64,000 nucleotides of DNA from the IMG/VR virus record IMGVR_UViG_3300010383_000113, positions 101,830 to 165,829 of that record, one strand, 5' to 3'. The notes beneath the pieces are model-generated. The model saw nothing but the letters and a program-made list of their open reading frames with translations. It did not search any database and had not been told where the DNA came from. Both the position numbers and the translations under genes were made by a program. Within the stretch, counting starts at the first letter, position 1. Each line of letters starts with the position of its first letter. This document shows, one piece after another, positions 9,299 through 17,494 of the stretch. This DNA comes from a virus. Lineage: Duplodnaviria; Heunggongvirae; Uroviricota; Caudoviricetes.

Positions 9299-9955
9299 TC
9301 AGAGGTCGTAGTAGACCTCCCCGCCCACGGCCGTCTTGGCGTTCACGTAGTCGGCCAGGCGTCGCACGACGGCCCGGTCGTCGCCGCTCCGGACGAAGTC
9401 GACGGAGCCGTTGGGCAGGGCCAGGAGGGCCCAGAACTGCCCCTTCTCCCTCGCCTCGGACTCCACCTCGACGATGGCCCGGTCGACGTCCGGCCTCCCG
9501 TCCCGCGAGGAAGGGTCGGCCCCGAGGAGCCGCTCGATCCCACGCCGGATGCGGCTCGTGTTCCAGCCGCCGGCCGCGAACGCCTTGCCGAACCCCACCT
9601 TGAACCGATACCGGGTCAGGACGTCCAGGGTCTCCACCCCGGGGAACTCCTCGATCTCTTCGAGGACCTCCTCCGAGATGTTGAAGTTGGCGTGGCCCGT
9701 CCAGAAGTCGAAGGCCTTGGTCGTGTCGGCGGCGATCTTGGTGGGCACCAGGCCCGCCGAAGTCGGGATCAGGACCGGGAGGGCGGCCAGGCGATCGGGC
9801 CGGACGAACCCGTCCTCCACCTCGTCGCCGTCGTCGTCCTCGTGGTCGGCCCCCATGTACTCGGACGGCCGGGCCTCGTCCTCGGGCACCCACTCCCTGC
9901 TCCCGCCCAGCGGATGCTGCCAGTATTCCCAGCGGATCTTACGAACCGGCTCCAT
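9299..9955 (-). CDS. hypothetical protein
   Basis: 218 aa ORF; no recognisable motif. Confidence 0.45.
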   Translation of the reverse strand: MEPVRKIRWEYWQHPLGGSREWVPEDEARPSEYMGADHEDDDGDEVEDGFVRPDRLAALPVLIPTSAGLVPTKIAADTTKAFDFWTGHANFNISEEVLEEIEEFPGVETLDVLTRYRFKVGFGKAFAAGGWNTSRIRRGIERLLGADPSSRDGRPDVDRAIVEVESEAREKGQFWALLALPNGSVDFVRSGDDRAVVRRLADYVNAKTAVGGEVYYDL

Positions 9956-10883
9956 GAATCAGTTCCATGATCTGTCGTCCTTCGAGGGCGGCGTTCATGT
10001 CCAGCCCGAAAGTCTTTTCCGGAAATCCCCGCAGTTTTGCGAAGAACTCTCCCTGCTCCCGCTTGTTGTCGACCCCCTCGGCGATCAGGGCGTGTCGAAG
10101 GTCTTCCTCGTCGTATCCGTCCAGGAAGTCGCGAAGGACCGCCATCTCCATCCGCGTGAACGAGACGGCGTCGAACCGATAGTCCAGGAAGGCCTCGAAG
10201 CAGATCGGGGCCACCTTGTGGACGATGCCGGCGATCACGTCGGCGAACGACCGGGTCTGGGCCTGGGCGTCGGGCTTGCACCTCAGCGACAGGAAGTGGA
10301 ACAGGTTGTGGAGGTCCATCTTCCAGTTGAAGTAGGTGTAGGTCGACAGCGGCAGGTCGATCCGGGCCATCTCCCGGGCGATCCCATCCGCCAGGTTCTC
10401 TTTGTAGGACGAGAACGCTTGGCGGGCCAGGAAGTCGTGCAGCTCGACGAAATCCTCGTACTGGGCCGGCGAGACCGGGCCTCCGCTCCCCTGCTTGTTG
10501 TCGGACGACTGGAAGCAGACCTCGGAGGAGCAGGGGGTGTAGACGACGTCCGGCAGTTCGACGTATCGGCCGGAGATCTCATTGGCGTTGCTCGTGCGAT
10601 GTCTCATCCACTGCCGGGCCACGAAGATTGGCATTCCGATGTGGAAGCTCAGCTCGGTGGACTCGAACGGCGAGGTGTGGCGATGCCGCATGAGGTAGCG
10701 GAGAAGGCGTCGGGTGTCGGCGATGCTGCGGGCCTGCGGGGCGATCTCGTAGGAACCTCGGGCGAACCGTTCCACGGCCAGGTCCCCGCCCATGTAGTCG
10801 GTCAGGGCGACGAAGCCGTGGTCGAGTACGGGGAAGTACCTATCGAGGATCTCGTCGGCCGCCGGGATGGCGAGTCTCGGCAC
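9939..10883 (-). CDS. thyX: flavin-dependent thymidylate synthase ThyX
   Basis: RHRHTSPFESTELS (ThyX RHR-x7-S motif), LDHGFVALTDYMGGD; start probably GTG near 10883 rather than the ORF-track ATG at 10958, which would overlap the upstream gene by 74 nt. Confidence 0.8.
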   Translation of the reverse strand: MPRLAIPAADEILDRYFPVLDHGFVALTDYMGGDLAVERFARGSYEIAPQARSIADTRRLLRYLMRHRHTSPFESTELSFHIGMPIFVARQWMRHRTSNANEISGRYVELPDVVYTPCSSEVCFQSSDNKQGSGGPVSPAQYEDFVELHDFLARQAFSSYKENLADGIAREMARIDLPLSTYTYFNWKMDLHNLFHFLSLRCKPDAQAQTRSFADVIAGIVHKVAPICFEAFLDYRFDAVSFTRMEMAVLRDFLDGYDEEDLRHALIAEGVDNKREQGEFFAKLRGFPEKTFGLDMNAALEGRQIMELIHGAGS

Positions 10884-10884
10884 G

Positions 10885-11241
10885 TCAGTCCTCCGACGGC
10901 CGGTAGCCGTGCATGATCCGGGCGACGGCCTCGGTCGGGGGGACGACGGGGTCGTCACGCCGGGCCCGCATCTTCTCGTTCATGAAGCCGGCCATGTGAC
11001 GCTTGATCTCCCGGGCGTCGCCCTGGGCGTCCATGACCTCGGCGAACCCGTCGACGGCCTCGACGATCTGGGGGATGCAGGACCCGATCTGGAGGTGGGT
11101 GATCAGGCCGGCGAAGGCCTTCAGGTCGGTGTCGGGGCCCCACTCGGCCAGGAAGGTGGGCTCGTCGCCGGCCAGCTCGACCACGATCCGGGCCAGGATC
11201 TCGTCGTCCGCCTCCACCTCGATCTCGATCTCTTCGCTCAT
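10885..11241 (-). CDS. acidic hypothetical protein
   Basis: likely start MSEEIEIEVEADDE (ATG about 11239-11241). Confidence 0.4.
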   Translation of the reverse strand: MSEEIEIEVEADDEILARIVVELAGDEPTFLAEWGPDTDLKAFAGLITHLQIGSCIPQIVEAVDGFAEVMDAQGDAREIKRHMAGFMNEKMRARRDDPVVPPTEAVARIMHGYRPSED

Positions 11242-11251
11242 GAGAATCCTT

Positions 11252-11614
11252 TCAGGACGAGACGACCAGGCCGAGGGTCTTGAGGGCGGCCAGGATGTCC
11301 TGGAAGGCCCCGAGCTGGTCGGCCGGGGTGAGGACGAGGCGGCTGTAGGCACGGGCGACGAGTCCGCTGGCTTCGAGGTAGTCGGCGGCCGTCGCGTCCT
11401 TGAGGCCCCCCTTGACGCTCGTGCCGAGGCCGAAGAGGGACGCCGCCGCCAGCAGGTCGGTCACGCCCCCCTGGATGTCGCGGGGGTCGAGGACGAACTT
11501 GCTGTAGGCACGGGCCACGAGGCCGGTCCCCTGCAACACGTCGGTCGGGGCGAAGGAGGTAGAGGGATCGGAGATGAAGTCGAGGAACGTCACGGGCTTG
11601 GACATGGGTTTCAC
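11252..11614 (-). CDS. hypothetical protein with internal tandem duplication
   Basis: GLVARAYSKFVLDPRDIQGGVTDLLAAASLFGLG repeated as GLVARAYSRLVLTPADQLGAFQDILAALKTLGL. Confidence 0.4.
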   Translation of the reverse strand: MKPMSKPVTFLDFISDPSTSFAPTDVLQGTGLVARAYSKFVLDPRDIQGGVTDLLAAASLFGLGTSVKGGLKDATAADYLEASGLVARAYSRLVLTPADQLGAFQDILAALKTLGLVVSS

Positions 11615-12282
11615 ACCAATGTGGGGTTTTGGATTTTGGGATACTGTCGGTTGTAGATCCGGACCGTCGGCTTGCCGCCGAAGCCCTTGTGGGTGCCGTA
11701 CTCGCCGTACCGCAGGATCCGGTCGATCCCGTGGCGGTCGAGCAGCATGAACCAGGTTCCCCTGGGGAGGGACATCTCGACCTCGACGTCGGGGTCGCCG
11801 TTGCCGCCCACCATGTACGAGGGCGTCGCCACGACGAGGAGCCGGGCGTCCTTGGTGTCCAGGTAGTTGACCAGGTCGGCGACCTTGAAGGTCAGGAAGG
11901 CCTGGGAGGGGGCGTACTTGACCTCGACCGGGTAGGAGCCGGACGGCCCCGTCACCTTGAAGTCGAGCAGCCGATTCCGCCAGCCGCCGTCGACGACCAG
12001 GCGGCCCTCGTTGTCGAGTCCGAGGTCTTCGAAGGCCTCCCCTGCTCCTCCGAAATGCGGCCAGCAGGCCTCGAAGAGGAGGCGTTCCCGGACGGTGTTG
12101 TCGTAGAGGCCCAGGGCGAATCGGCCGAGGCTCCGCTCGTCGCGGCGGTGGCGGAACTTGGCGAGGGCGTGGGGCGGGAGGGAGGCGGCGATCGAGTTGA
12201 TCTGGTCGAAATAATCCCGGCGGGAGATTTCGCTTCGCTTCAGCCTGTCGAAAATATCATCGAGGGTTTTCTGGACGTCCAA
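11611..12282 (-). CDS. hypothetical protein (possible PD-(D/E)XK nuclease fold)
   Basis: D...VEVK arrangement (VVDGGW..YPVEVKYA); weak. Confidence 0.4.
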   Translation of the reverse strand: MDVQKTLDDIFDRLKRSEISRRDYFDQINSIAASLPPHALAKFRHRRDERSLGRFALGLYDNTVRERLLFEACWPHFGGAGEAFEDLGLDNEGRLVVDGGWRNRLLDFKVTGPSGSYPVEVKYAPSQAFLTFKVADLVNYLDTKDARLLVVATPSYMVGGNGDPDVEVEMSLPRGTWFMLLDRHGIDRILRYGEYGTHKGFGGKPTVRIYNRQYPKIQNPTLV

Positions 12283-12391
12283 CAGCGGGGCCGCCGTGCC
12301 TCACGCATTCCGCGTTCGCCTCCGCCGGATTCTGCGGCGGGTTCGAAAGGGACGGCCGGGCGAGGAGCGTGTCCAGGCCCGGCCGCGTGCG

Positions 12392-12667
12392 TCACGGGAG
12401 GAAGGTGCCCTGGTTGGGGCCGTGGCCGTTGGGGGCCAGCTCGACCTGGGCGGGCCGATTGCTGCGGGCCTGCTCATAGGCGGCGAAGTCGGCGAGGACG
12501 CCGTTCAGCGTGGCCAGCGTCATGCCGGTGTCGCGGAGGATGCCGTCCTTGTCGAACAGCCCGGCGGTCCGCTTGAAGAACCAGAGCAACTGGTTGATCA
12601 CGAGCTTGGCGGCGGCGGTCTCGGCCTCGGCGGCGTCGATCAGGTCTTGCATTTCTTCTTCAGTCAC
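12392..12667 (-). CDS. hypothetical protein
   Basis: 91 aa ORF; two GC hairpins downstream at 12330-12391. Confidence 0.4.
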   Translation of the reverse strand: MTEEEMQDLIDAAEAETAAAKLVINQLLWFFKRTAGLFDKDGILRDTGMTLATLNGVLADFAAYEQARSNRPAQVELAPNGHGPNQGTFLP

Positions 12668-13142
12668 TTCGGATCTCCAGGCTGTTTTCGTCTCGGGGTG
12701 GCGGGTTGAATTTGACCATGCGTGGGGCCGGAGCCCTGAATTTCGTCATCTTTTCGGGGGTGCGGACGATCGGCTCGGGCTTTTGCCATCCATCCTCTTG
12801 GAGGATCTCCTCGACCAGGGCCCACACATCCAGGATTCTAGGACATGAGGAAAAGTTCTTGGCGGCCCTCTTGGCTTCGAAGCGGCGGAGACGCTCGGCG
12901 TCGCGGTCGCTGTAGATGTGGTCGGACGTGGCGACGTGGGGATCACGAGACGGACGGTGGCTCATGACGGGCGGCTCCTGGATGTTCGGCGTCGAATCCT
13001 TCGTCGGACCCTGCGGTCTGGCTGATCGTGAGATGGCATCCTCCTCATGGATGTGCCGCCACTTTATGCGAGAGCGTCCTTGCACGCAAGCAAAATGCGG
13101 CTTCGACGACCGTTTTCGAAAAGAAACGGGAGGGGGTTCCAT
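12660..13142 (-). CDS. hypothetical basic protein
   Basis: ATG at 13142 preceded by GGAGGGGGTGCAGG and a promoter-like element. Confidence 0.35.
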   Translation of the reverse strand: MEPPPVSFRKRSSKPHFACVQGRSRIKWRHIHEEDAISRSARPQGPTKDSTPNIQEPPVMSHRPSRDPHVATSDHIYSDRDAERLRRFEAKRAAKNFSSCPRILDVWALVEEILQEDGWQKPEPIVRTPEKMTKFRAPAPRMVKFNPPPRDENSLEIRSD

Positions 13143-13162
13143 CCTGCACCCCCTCCAGTTAT

Positions 13163-13191
13163 ATTATAGGATACGAACTCTCGCCTGTCAG
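13163..13191 (-). promoter_or_regulatory. putative sigma-70-like promoter (minus strand CTGACA-N17-TATAAT, extended GTATCCTATAAT)
   Basis: 45-nt intergenic gap; 17-nt spacing. Confidence 0.4.
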
Positions 13192-13658
13192 CGAGGATCG
13201 ACTCCGACATAGAACCGCTCATACCCCTTGGGGATCATGGCGGACGGGATCACCTCGCCGGTCTTCCAGTTCTTGGAGTACGGCATGGTGGTCGGAGTGC
13301 CCATCACCATGTTGGGGATGCCACGCGGACCCGACTGGTCCGGCCTGAACGTCGGGCCGCCGATCTTCGGTGCCCTTCCCTCCTGCACGGCCGACATGGG
13401 GGTCCGCTTCTCTCTCGGGCGTCCCGCCGAGGCGTCGACGGCGGCCTTGTAGGCCTCGACCCGCCGCATGGACTCCATCTCGGCCATCATCTGGCGGGCC
13501 ATGGCCTCGTCGCGGGCCTGCTGGTTGTGGCGGGCGTAGGCGGCCCGCTTGCGGGCCATCCGCTCCTTCACACTCTGGGGCTGGGACTGGGCCCGGACGT
13601 CGGCCCCGACCAGGACGGCCGAGGCGGCGACGACCAGGGCGAGGATGCGATGCTTCAT
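13188..13658 (-). CDS. secreted hypothetical protein
   Basis: signal peptide MKHRILALVVAASAVLVGADVRA. Confidence 0.5.
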   Translation of the reverse strand: MKHRILALVVAASAVLVGADVRAQSQPQSVKERMARKRAAYARHNQQARDEAMARQMMAEMESMRRVEAYKAAVDASAGRPREKRTPMSAVQEGRAPKIGGPTFRPDQSGPRGIPNMVMGTPTTMPYSKNWKTGEVIPSAMIPKGYERFYVGVDPR

Positions 13659-15061
13659 CAGGACTCCTCCGTTTCGGATTCGGGTTTCCGGGGCTTGCGG
13701 GGACGGCCCGGCTTCTTGGCCGGCACGCCGTCCTTCTGCTGCTTATAAGCCTTCCAGCGGCCCTTGTCCACTCCCAGCGTGCTCGCACTCAGGATCTCGA
13801 TGAGTTCCGCCGGGACTCCGTCGACTTTCTCGAAAAATTCGCCGTCGGGCTTTTTGAGGGGTTGGTCCTTGCGGAACATGTCCGAGAAATAAGATTTGGC
13901 GAACTTGTACATGTCGCGACGCTTGTCCTCGGCCGACGTCCCCTCCAACTCCCGGTCGAAGACCAGGGAGGCGTGCTCGACCATCCGCTGGAGTTCCTCG
14001 TCGATCGGGTCGTCGTCCATGCCGATGGCGGCCAGCCTCCAGGCGAAGCAGTTGGCGATGCCGCAGATCATGTGGGAGCCGTACCGGGTGCCCCCCTTCG
14101 AGGTCGGCGACAGGGCCGAGCCCGGCATGAAGAGACGCTTCTCGGAGTTGGGGTTGGCGGGGTCGGACGGCTCGCCGCGTTCCTCCAGCAGTTGGTAGGC
14201 CTGGACGTAACGCTCGGCCAGCCATTCGGGCGACCTCTCGAAGTGCATCGCGATCAGGCTGCCGCCGTACACCGTGGTCGCCAGCGACGACGAATTGTCG
14301 GCGATGAGGGAGGCGTACTGCACCTTGTTCATGGCGGCCTCGTCGAACGTGACGAAGTTGCCCAGGTGGCTCCGCGTGTCCTTGGCCAGGAGGTGGACGG
14401 TCTCGGTGGCGTGCTTCACGACGGGCAGCTTCTCGTCGTCGTAGTCGCCCGACGCGATCGACATCGACTTGACGAGGTTCCGGCTGGCCGCCTTGCCCTT
14501 CTGGAAGTTCAGGAAGTCCTGGGGGAGGTGCTTGGGCGACAGCGACAGCTTGATGTTGATCGGCAGGGCGTCGATGCGACGCATCAGGTCCTCGTCGCCC
14601 TGGGCCTCGGCGAAGAAGAGTTCGAGGGCTTGGCGGCGATGATTGGCGTCGGGCAGGGGCAGTTTGCGGTCGGTCGTCGCCGTCACCTTGACCCAACGGG
14701 GCCCGCCCTCCTCGGTCGGCTCGGAATACTTCAGCCTATTGAGGTGCCAGTCCTCGATCGCCACCTCCCAGGTCGTGGGCGTGTAGGTGTCGTCCTTGAT
14801 GGCTTCGAGCAGGGCACGGACGTGGGCCTTGGTCGTCTTCCGCTGCCACCCGCCGAGTTTCTCGTAGTCGTACTCGCGGACGTAGATCAGACGCTTGAGG
14901 TAGCCGAACGGCACGACCATCGAGCTGAAGGGCCGGTCCTTCTCGGGGTCGTCGGTGACGTTCCAGACGTAGACGGGCCCGTCGAGTTCGAACGTCTCGA
15001 CCTTGGGGACCTCGGCCTTCGGCTTCGTCTTCGGCTTGGCGGGGGTCTTCGCGGCGGCCAT
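13658..15061 (-). CDS. DNA-binding protein with ParB/DGQHR-like core and C-terminal AT-hook
   Basis: 467 aa; N-terminal PAKPKTKPK; GWQRKTTKAHVRALLEAI and LPLPDANHRRQAL resemble DUF262/DGQHR signatures; C-terminal KKPGRPRKPRKP AT-hook. Confidence 0.45.
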   Translation of the reverse strand: MAAAKTPAKPKTKPKAEVPKVETFELDGPVYVWNVTDDPEKDRPFSSMVVPFGYLKRLIYVREYDYEKLGGWQRKTTKAHVRALLEAIKDDTYTPTTWEVAIEDWHLNRLKYSEPTEEGGPRWVKVTATTDRKLPLPDANHRRQALELFFAEAQGDEDLMRRIDALPINIKLSLSPKHLPQDFLNFQKGKAASRNLVKSMSIASGDYDDEKLPVVKHATETVHLLAKDTRSHLGNFVTFDEAAMNKVQYASLIADNSSSLATTVYGGSLIAMHFERSPEWLAERYVQAYQLLEERGEPSDPANPNSEKRLFMPGSALSPTSKGGTRYGSHMICGIANCFAWRLAAIGMDDDPIDEELQRMVEHASLVFDRELEGTSAEDKRRDMYKFAKSYFSDMFRKDQPLKKPDGEFFEKVDGVPAELIEILSASTLGVDKGRWKAYKQQKDGVPAKKPGRPRKPRKPESETEES

Positions 15062-15173
15062 GCGGCCCTCCTCGTGGATGATCGTGGGTGCGGCGGGCCG
15101 CGTCGAGCGGACGCCCTACACAATCAATCTACGCGGAGCGGCGAAAAATACAAATTGGATTTCGAGTTTTTCT

Positions 15174-15446
15174 TCAGTCCTGGATCTTGGACTCGATCTC
15201 GGCCTTCAGGTCGCCGACCTCGGGAGGGGCCATGCCGATCGCCACGGGCCCGTCGATGACCTTGTAGGCCTTGAGCGTGAGCGACTTCCACTCGGCGGAT
15301 TCCTTGACGGCCCGCTCGTACTCCGCCCCCGTCACGATGTAGCCGGCACCCCAGGCCAGGACGACGGCCACGAGGACCGCGATGGCCCCGCCCTTGTTGA
15401 CCCAGTCGTACAGCCCGTTCGCCACCGTCTGATTCACGTCAGGCAT
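15174..15446 (-). CDS. small membrane protein (single TM)
   Basis: start MPDVNQ (ATG about 15444-15446); TM AIAVLVAVVLAWGAGYIV. Confidence 0.45.
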   Translation of the reverse strand: MPDVNQTVANGLYDWVNKGGAIAVLVAVVLAWGAGYIVTGAEYERAVKESAEWKSLTLKAYKVIDGPVAIGMAPPEVGDLKAEIESKIQD

Positions 15447-15648
15447 GGACAGTCCTCTTCCCTCGGCATTCCCGGCAGACCTTCGCGTAGCGGCAACGCC
15501 GACACCCCGACGTGCCCCCGCATCCCGAACATACGCCGGTGCCCTCGCACTCGGGGCATTCGAAGGGGGAAGCCGCCACGGGGATCGCCGCCAGGGCCTC
15601 GGCCAGGGACGAACAGGACGGGCAATGGCAGCGGGCCTCATTCGCCAC
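15439..15648 (-). CDS. DnaJ-type zinc-finger (CxxCxGxG) mini-protein
   Basis: CPECEGTGVCSGCGGTSGCRRC; ATGA coupling with upstream gene. Confidence 0.45.
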   Translation of the reverse strand: MANEARCHCPSCSSLAEALAAIPVAASPFECPECEGTGVCSGCGGTSGCRRCRYAKVCRECRGKRTVHA

Positions 15649-16024
15649 GGCGGGCCCCCTCGATCTTGTGGGCCAGGTCCTTCACCTCGTTGGCCACCAG
15701 GGCCAGGCCCGACGTCATCTCGTGGACCTGGTCCCGCGTGTCCTTCGCAAGGCTCTCGATCTGGTGCTGGAAATTCTGCGACACGTTGGTGATCTGGGCC
15801 TGGAAGCTGTTCGTGAGGGCCTGGACCTGGGCCTGATGGTTGGCGATCACCGTATCCATGCGGGCGTTGTTCTTGTCGACCGCAGCCTGGTCCTTCGCGT
15901 CGCGTTCGTTGAGGTAATACCGGAAACCCCAGAGCATCAGGAGGACGACGCCGACGGTGCCCCCCTGCTGCCAGACGTGGACCATGTCGCCGAAACCGCC
16001 GGTCACGTTCGCCAGGATGTACAT
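15638..16024 (-). CDS. membrane-anchored coiled-coil protein
   Basis: N-terminal TM VGVVLLMLWGF then Q/A-rich heptads. Confidence 0.5.
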   Translation of the reverse strand: MYILANVTGGFGDMVHVWQQGGTVGVVLLMLWGFRYYLNERDAKDQAAVDKNNARMDTVIANHQAQVQALTNSFQAQITNVSQNFQHQIESLAKDTRDQVHEMTSGLALVANEVKDLAHKIEGARRGE

Positions 16025-16100
16025 CGTCTCGCCCTTCGCACTGGAGGAAAATGTATTCCCGCCGACGCGGCGGCGACTCCCCTATTGAATACCCCTGGCG

Positions 16101-16694
16101 TCAACGCCTAATAAAACCTAGCACTTCGTCGGGATACAGCTTCTCGACGTCGAAGCACATCCAGCGTTTGTGGTGGTTGAACGAGGCGGAGAAGGCGATC
16201 TCGTCGAGGTATCCGAGGACCCCGTCCATGTCGTCGAAGAAGAGTTCGTGGGGCAATTTCCCGAACAGCCAGTCGGGGATCGCCGCCTTGCCCTGCTTGC
16301 ACCAGACCAGGACGGGCTTCTTCTGGTCGTTGGCCCGGGAGATCTCGTCGTAGGTGCCGCAGGCGTGGACGTCAAGGTCGACGAGGGCCACCAGGAAGTC
16401 GGAGACGTTGACCATCCGCAGGTCGATGGCGTGGATCTTCTTCATGATCGAGGCGAAGTCGTCGTAACCGGCCGGGCCCTTGAAGGCGTGGCGGGCCTTT
16501 CGGCTCTCGTCGTCCTCGTGGGCCTCGTCGATCGGCTTGTCCATCGGGTCGAGCACGACGATCCCGCGACGGTGGAGTTCCGGGGTGATGCGTCGCCGCC
16601 ATTCGCGGCCGGAATTCGGGCATCGGTCGATGGGGCCGGCGAGGTAGGCTCTCTGGCCCAACAAACGCGAAACGGTTTTCAATTTCCTGGACAT
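16101..16694 (-). CDS. nucleoside 2-deoxyribosyltransferase-like protein
   Basis: start MSRKLK (ATG about 16692-16694); AYLAGPIDRCPNSGREWRRRITPELHRRGIVVLDP resembles the NDT family N-terminus. Confidence 0.5.
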   Translation of the reverse strand: MSRKLKTVSRLLGQRAYLAGPIDRCPNSGREWRRRITPELHRRGIVVLDPMDKPIDEAHEDDESRKARHAFKGPAGYDDFASIMKKIHAIDLRMVNVSDFLVALVDLDVHACGTYDEISRANDQKKPVLVWCKQGKAAIPDWLFGKLPHELFFDDMDGVLGYLDEIAFSASFNHHKRWMCFDVEKLYPDEVLGFIRR

Positions 16695-16734
16695 GATTTC
16701 TCCAACGAGGGCGATCCGGTCAAGCCACAACCTG

Positions 16735-16750
16735 TACGTAGGACGGGATC
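16735..16750 (-). promoter_or_regulatory. putative -10 element CGTCCTACGTA upstream of 16694 start
   Basis: cgTCCTAyAAT family member. Confidence 0.25.
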
Positions 16751-16830
16751 GGCCGCCTGCGGCGGCGGAGCAGGGAGGGCTGGGCCTGTGCGTTGCGGCG
16801 ACGTCGTCATGTCCCCCACTCCCTGCTACT
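16751..16830. repeat. hairpin GCCGCCtgcGGCGGC fused to GGAGCAGGGAGGGC, and inverted partner CCCCCACTCCCTGCTACTC 33 nt away
   Basis: direct reading. Confidence 0.6.
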
Positions 16831-17002
16831 CTTCTCCGTCCGGGCTGATCAGGATGGGGGCGACGATCTCTCACGAGGGTCGCGGAGCCGATCCCCGGGG
16901 CGGCCTTCCGGGGGAGGAGCAGGGAGTTCGGGGGAGGGGAAGATTTTCCACGCGGCTTGGCACGAGAGAACGGCACCGTTTTTGCTATTAATACTTCTTG
17001 GA

Positions 17003-17030
17003 AGCTTTATTGCCCGAAGGGCATAAAGCT
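17003..17030. other. stable stem-loop AGCTTTATTGCCC-GAA-GGGCATAAAGCT in AT-rich patch
   Basis: 12 bp stem with one bulge and GAA triloop. Confidence 0.4.
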
Positions 17031-17494
17031 CCAAGAAGAAGAAAGGTATGCCTCCCTCTCCCCTCCGAGCTTCTTTCCGGAATTCCCAAAGTTTTTTCCG
17101 AGATCGCCGCCCTGCCCTCCCGGCCCGTCCCGCCGCCGGTCTTGATGCGAGGCGTCCTAGAATAGTTATACCGGGGCACTGGGTCATGATGCCGCCGTCG
17201 GGATGTGGGTCCAGCCGAGACGAGTCGACCGTCGAGGCCGTTCCTGGGGTGCCCGAAACCAGTTCCGCGTCCCAGACGCCGGGTTGATCGAGAGATCGCC
17301 ACGCCGTCCGGTCGCGACGTTCGAGGATCCGAGCCTGTCAACGCGGCGTCCGACTGAGACGCCCGGCTCGGCCCGTCCGTCGCGTCGGCCCGGCGGGGTA
17401 GTCTCCCTCGGTCGGCCCGACGGATGGAGACGCGGTTGACCATCAAGACGACTCTTCAACGTGATGACAAGTGGATTTTTAGAAGGAATTTCTC

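Larger units (their letters stand above)
16695..17494. promoter_or_regulatory. 800-bp divergent noncoding control region (strand switch)
   Basis: no ORF; contains GC-motif copies (16766-16779, 16812-16830, 16911-16925), an AT-rich patch 16960-17045 with a 12-bp stem hairpin, and a TAGAAT box near 17157. Confidence 0.45.

Noticed and set aside
12283-12391. Two GC hairpins (CCGCCG..CGGCGG and GGCCGGGC..GCCCGGCC) downstream of the 12392 gene as terminators
   Set aside because: Neither is followed by a U-run on the transcribed strand; possibly RNA-stability structures, left unannotated.
16960-17045. tRNA or small RNA in the AT-rich patch of the divergent region
   Set aside because: No cloverleaf could be drawn by eye; only a single long hairpin is present. 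Nothing resembling a tRNA was found elsewhere, though an exhaustive scan was not possible.
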